From positions 5,041 to 69,040 of the forward strand of contig CANRCC010000002.1 in NCBI GenBank assembly GCA_947629025.1: a stretch of DNA of 64,000 nt. Direction: 5' to 3'. The notes below the pieces were generated by a model. The model ran no database searches. It was not told the origin of the DNA and saw only the letters and a program-made list of their open reading frames with translations. The position numbers and the translations under genes were made by a program. The stretch comes from an uncultured Bacilli bacterium (GTDB taxonomy: Bacteria; Bacillota_I; Bacilli_A; RF39; UBA660). Shown in pieces: positions 62,924-64,000 of this stretch; positions within the stretch are counted from its first letter, which is position 1; each line of letters starts with the position of its first letter.

Positions 62924-63280
62924 TTAAAGTTTTCTAGGTGCACAACCATTAAACTTTGAATCATCATTTTTTATAATTTCATTTTTCTTATAGGAATTTA
63001 TTCCACCTTTTTGTTTTGCTTTACTTAAATTTTCTTTTCTTTTTCTTCTAATAAACTCTATATTTTCTTTTTGTTTATCAGTTAATTCTAAACTATTATT
63101 TACCTGCATATATAATCTTTTAATATTTTCTGTTAAATCTCTTTGAACAGTTGAACTTGAACTTTTTATTCCTAAAAATGCAAGCGTTCTAGCAATTTTT
63201 TCATCTGATATTTCACCATTATTATCTAAAAAGATTTTTATTGTATTATTTATTCTTATTAACATTTCACTATTTAACAC
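62924..63280 (-). CDS. SpoIIID-like helix-turn-helix protein
   Basis: IA...GI.SSSSTVQRDLTE and later KGG resemble SpoIIID IAKEFGVSKSTVHKDLTE...RGG. Confidence 0.55.
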   Translation of the reverse strand: MLNSEMLIRINNTIKIFLDNNGEISDEKIARTLAFLGIKSSSSTVQRDLTENIKRLYMQVNNSLELTDKQKENIEFIRRKRKENLSKAKQKGGINSYKKNEIIKNDDSKFNGCAPRKL

Positions 63281-63281
63281 T

Positions 63282-64000
63282 TTATTCTTCCTCCATACTT
63301 AATACTGATAAAAATGCTTCTGGTGGAAGTTCTACGCTTCCTATCATTTTCATCTTTTTCTTTCCCTCTTTTTGTTTTTCTAATAGTTTTCTTTTTCTTG
63401 ATATATCTCCACCATAACATTTAGCAAGTACATTTTTTCTATTTGCTTTTATATCACATCTTGCGATTGCTTTTCCTGATATACAAGCTTGAATTGGTAC
63501 TTCAAATAATTGTCTTGGTATTATTTCTTTTAATTTTTCTACTACTGCCTTACCTCTTTTATAAGCAAAGTCTTTATGAACTATTACTGAAAATGCATCT
63601 ACTATCTCTCCATTTAATAATATATCCATTTTTACTAAGTTACTTTCTTTATATCCTATATATTCATAATCAAATGATGCATAACCCTTACTATAAGACT
63701 TTAATTTATCAAAAAAATCATAAACTATTTCTGATAATGGAAGTTCATAATGAAGATTTGCTCTTTCTTTATCAATATAATCTATTGATATAAATGTTCC
63801 TCTTTTATTTTGAGCAAGTTCCATAACAGGACCAATATAATTACTTGGAAGTAATATATTTGTTTTTACATATGGTTCTTCAATCTTATTAATTAACTTT
63901 CTATCTGGTAATTTGCTTGGATTATCTATCATTATAACCTCTTTATTTGTTAACTCTACTTTATATACAACAGATGGACTAGTAAGTATAAGCTCAATAT
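63282..64000 (-). CDS. lepA: elongation factor 4 LepA, C-terminal part (runs off window)
   Basis: [66 protein letters not shown]. Confidence 0.98.
   Translation of the reverse strand, partial: IELILTSPSVVYKVELTNKEVIMIDNPSKLPDRKLINKIEEPYVKTNILLPSNYIGPVMELAQNKRGTFISIDYIDKERANLHYELPLSEIVYDFFDKLKSYSKGYASFDYEYIGYKESNLVKMDILLNGEIVDAFSVIVHKDFAYKRGKAVVEKLKEIIPRQLFEVPIQACISGKAIARCDIKANRKNVLAKCYGGDISRKRKLLEKQKEGKKKMKMIGSVELPPEAFLSVLSMEEE

Overview
This is a very AT-rich chromosomal segment using the standard genetic code, from a reduced-genome Bacillota. Gene content and order look Bacilli/RF39-like, which is an inference. Almost all genes are on the minus strand. Housekeeping blocks: queA'-ruvBA; obg-trmB-rpmA-prp-rplU with an L21 leader; cysE; corA; spoIVB; xseBA-nusB; mltG-alaS-cmk under an Ala T-box; and the lepA-hemW-hrcA-grpE-dnaK-dnaJ-rsmE heat-shock region with a CIRCE. 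A ~22 kb Wzx/Wzy polysaccharide locus (15.2-38 kb) carries several acylation systems. These include an FkbH/ACP/MaoC/SDR/MBOAT/SGNH thiotemplate cassette and a poly-G frameshifted O-acetyltransferase missed by the ORF track. Sporulation-type genes are present (spoIVB, ylbJ-like, yqfQ-like, a coat-like peptide, a SpoIIID-like HTH). There are two full Rpn (PD-(D/E)XK) genes with internal SD+ATG sites, plus a stand-alone duplicated C-terminal module. The most striking feature is a 1388-aa protein with 12 tandem 77-aa XRE-HTH repeats that vary mainly at the recognition-helix positions. The array lies between sigma70 region-2-like and region-4-like ends, next to a single-HTH paralog: a candidate modular DNA-reading sigma-like system.
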